Source: Octopus sinensis (taxonomy: Eukaryota). From it: a stretch of DNA of 64,000 bases. The stretch is taken from NCBI RefSeq assembly GCF_006345805.1, contig NC_042999.1, positions 164,486,001 through 164,550,000 on the forward strand, given 5' to 3'. The notes beneath the pieces are model-generated. The model had not been told where the DNA came from, did no database searches, and saw only the letters and a program-made list of their open reading frames with translations. The number at the start of each line of letters is the position of its first letter. Positions within the stretch are counted from its first letter, which is position 1. The position numbers and the translations under genes are program-made. This document shows positions 62,750 through 64,000 of this stretch, piece after piece.

Positions 62750-63682
62750 ACGGCTTCAGACTGCAAATGCTGCTCATCATGATCACTAAGTTTTCGTGGC
62801 TACTTCACATCTATAACAAAGCCATACTCTCATCCTAAAGACTAGATTCTTCAGACCCATGTTCAGATGTTGCTCACCTACATGGCACAGTGCTGCATAC
62901 ACACAAACTTTCCTTTCCAAAAGGTTAATCACTAAAGCATTACAGCTATTAGTTCACAAACATTTGAGAGTTGCACAGTGAGTAAAAAAACTTTGATCAA
63001 CAGAAATTATCCATGTACTGCTGTACGAAAGATTCCTTTAAGAGTATTTAAAATGTAAAAATAACAAACATAAGAGAAAGTTTCAATAAAATTAGTTGAT
63101 AAAAATTTTAGGACAATATAGACTGGAATGGATCAGATATTTAAAGTCAACAGGTGAAAACCTCCTCAATGAAGTTTGTATATGAATTATCAGGACACTG
63201 AGTTGGTCTGGTTATTTTATTTCTGCATACTAGATGATAGCCTTTTGGTTCAGTTTATCTAATTTACAGGACAAATGCATTACTTATTACTCTACAAAGT
63301 GCTGGCATTTCCTCCTGTCAAATTAAGTACATAAATGTTACAGATAATCAACTCTTTTATGTCCATAAGTATTTCATTTGCTTCACAAATATTGTATCAC
63401 CCACTTGAACATAGATTTTTTATACTTCAATTTAATATTTGTGACATGAATTAAAGCCAAGTATGCTTTATATAGAGATAGCCAACATTTTGATATGAAC
63501 GACAGAAGACATTACAAATGTGTTCAATAAGGAAGTCACTTGGAAAGCAATAAGACATGGTTTCTGTCCTGTCAGTGGTTTTGTTCTTTACCTCAAATTA
63601 ATGCTTAAACCATCTTATATCACATATATTATCATTTTATCCATTAAGCGAGAAAATTTTCATGCATAATATACATATATGC

Positions 63683-63713
<31 letters not shown>

Positions 63714-63734
63714 TGTGCATATATATACATCATC

Positions 63735-63990
63735 GTCATCACCATCACCATCAATATTTAATCTCCCTTTTACCATTCTAACATGGTTTGGACTGTTCGA
63801 TGTAAACTGATGATCCAGAAGGCTGCACCAAGCTCCATACATCTGCTTTGGCATGGTTTCTACAGCTGGATGCCCTTCATATGCCAACCACTCCATTAAA
63901 TGTACCGTCAATGGTGAGGTCAGAAATTACCTGCAAGACAAGGTCCCACAACTGAATGGAGTATAGTACAAAGGGATATGAAAGGAGGGC
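63735..63990 (-). mobile_element. RTE LINE 3' UTR copy
   Basis: catcaccatc...aacatggtttggac...ggctgcacc...tacagctggatgcccttc...gccaaccactcc. Confidence 0.65.
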
Positions 63991-64000
63991 AGGAGTTTTG

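Overview
Eukaryotic, AT-rich, microsatellite-laden DNA. The repeat landscape (tRNA-headed SINEs, RTE tails, Penelope remnants) looks like a cephalopod, probably Octopus; this is inference. The whole window lies inside one minus-strand gene for a conventional Ca2+-dependent protein kinase C (PRKCA/B/G co-ortholog, Aplysia Apl I-like). Ten GT-AG exons (46348 down to 8650, 1313 nt) splice into a stop-free reading frame covering the C2 domain, V3 hinge and kinase domain up to KPKI. I did not find the N-terminal C1 exons or the terminal V5 exon; they probably lie outside the window. The introns hold decayed mobile elements: several SINE families, RTE and CR1-type LINE fragments, Penelope-like elements, two mariners, piggyBac derivatives, a Helitron-like element and a foldback element. 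No prokaryotic system, CRISPR array, rRNA or bona fide tRNA is present. The most interesting unexplained structures are: (1) four hammerhead-ribozyme-like motifs in Penelope-type terminal repeats, one with an intact core on the pre-mRNA strand inside a 521-bp near-perfect palindrome whose other arm has a mutated core; (2) two strong zero-length AG|GT junctions that are candidate recursive splice sites, one doubling as an in-frame alternative donor in the ATP-binding loop; (3) several long intronic hairpins and inverted repeats that could be ADAR or small-RNA substrates. All were read by eye and need computational or experimental confirmation. Repeat boundaries are approximate unless TIR/TSD-defined.
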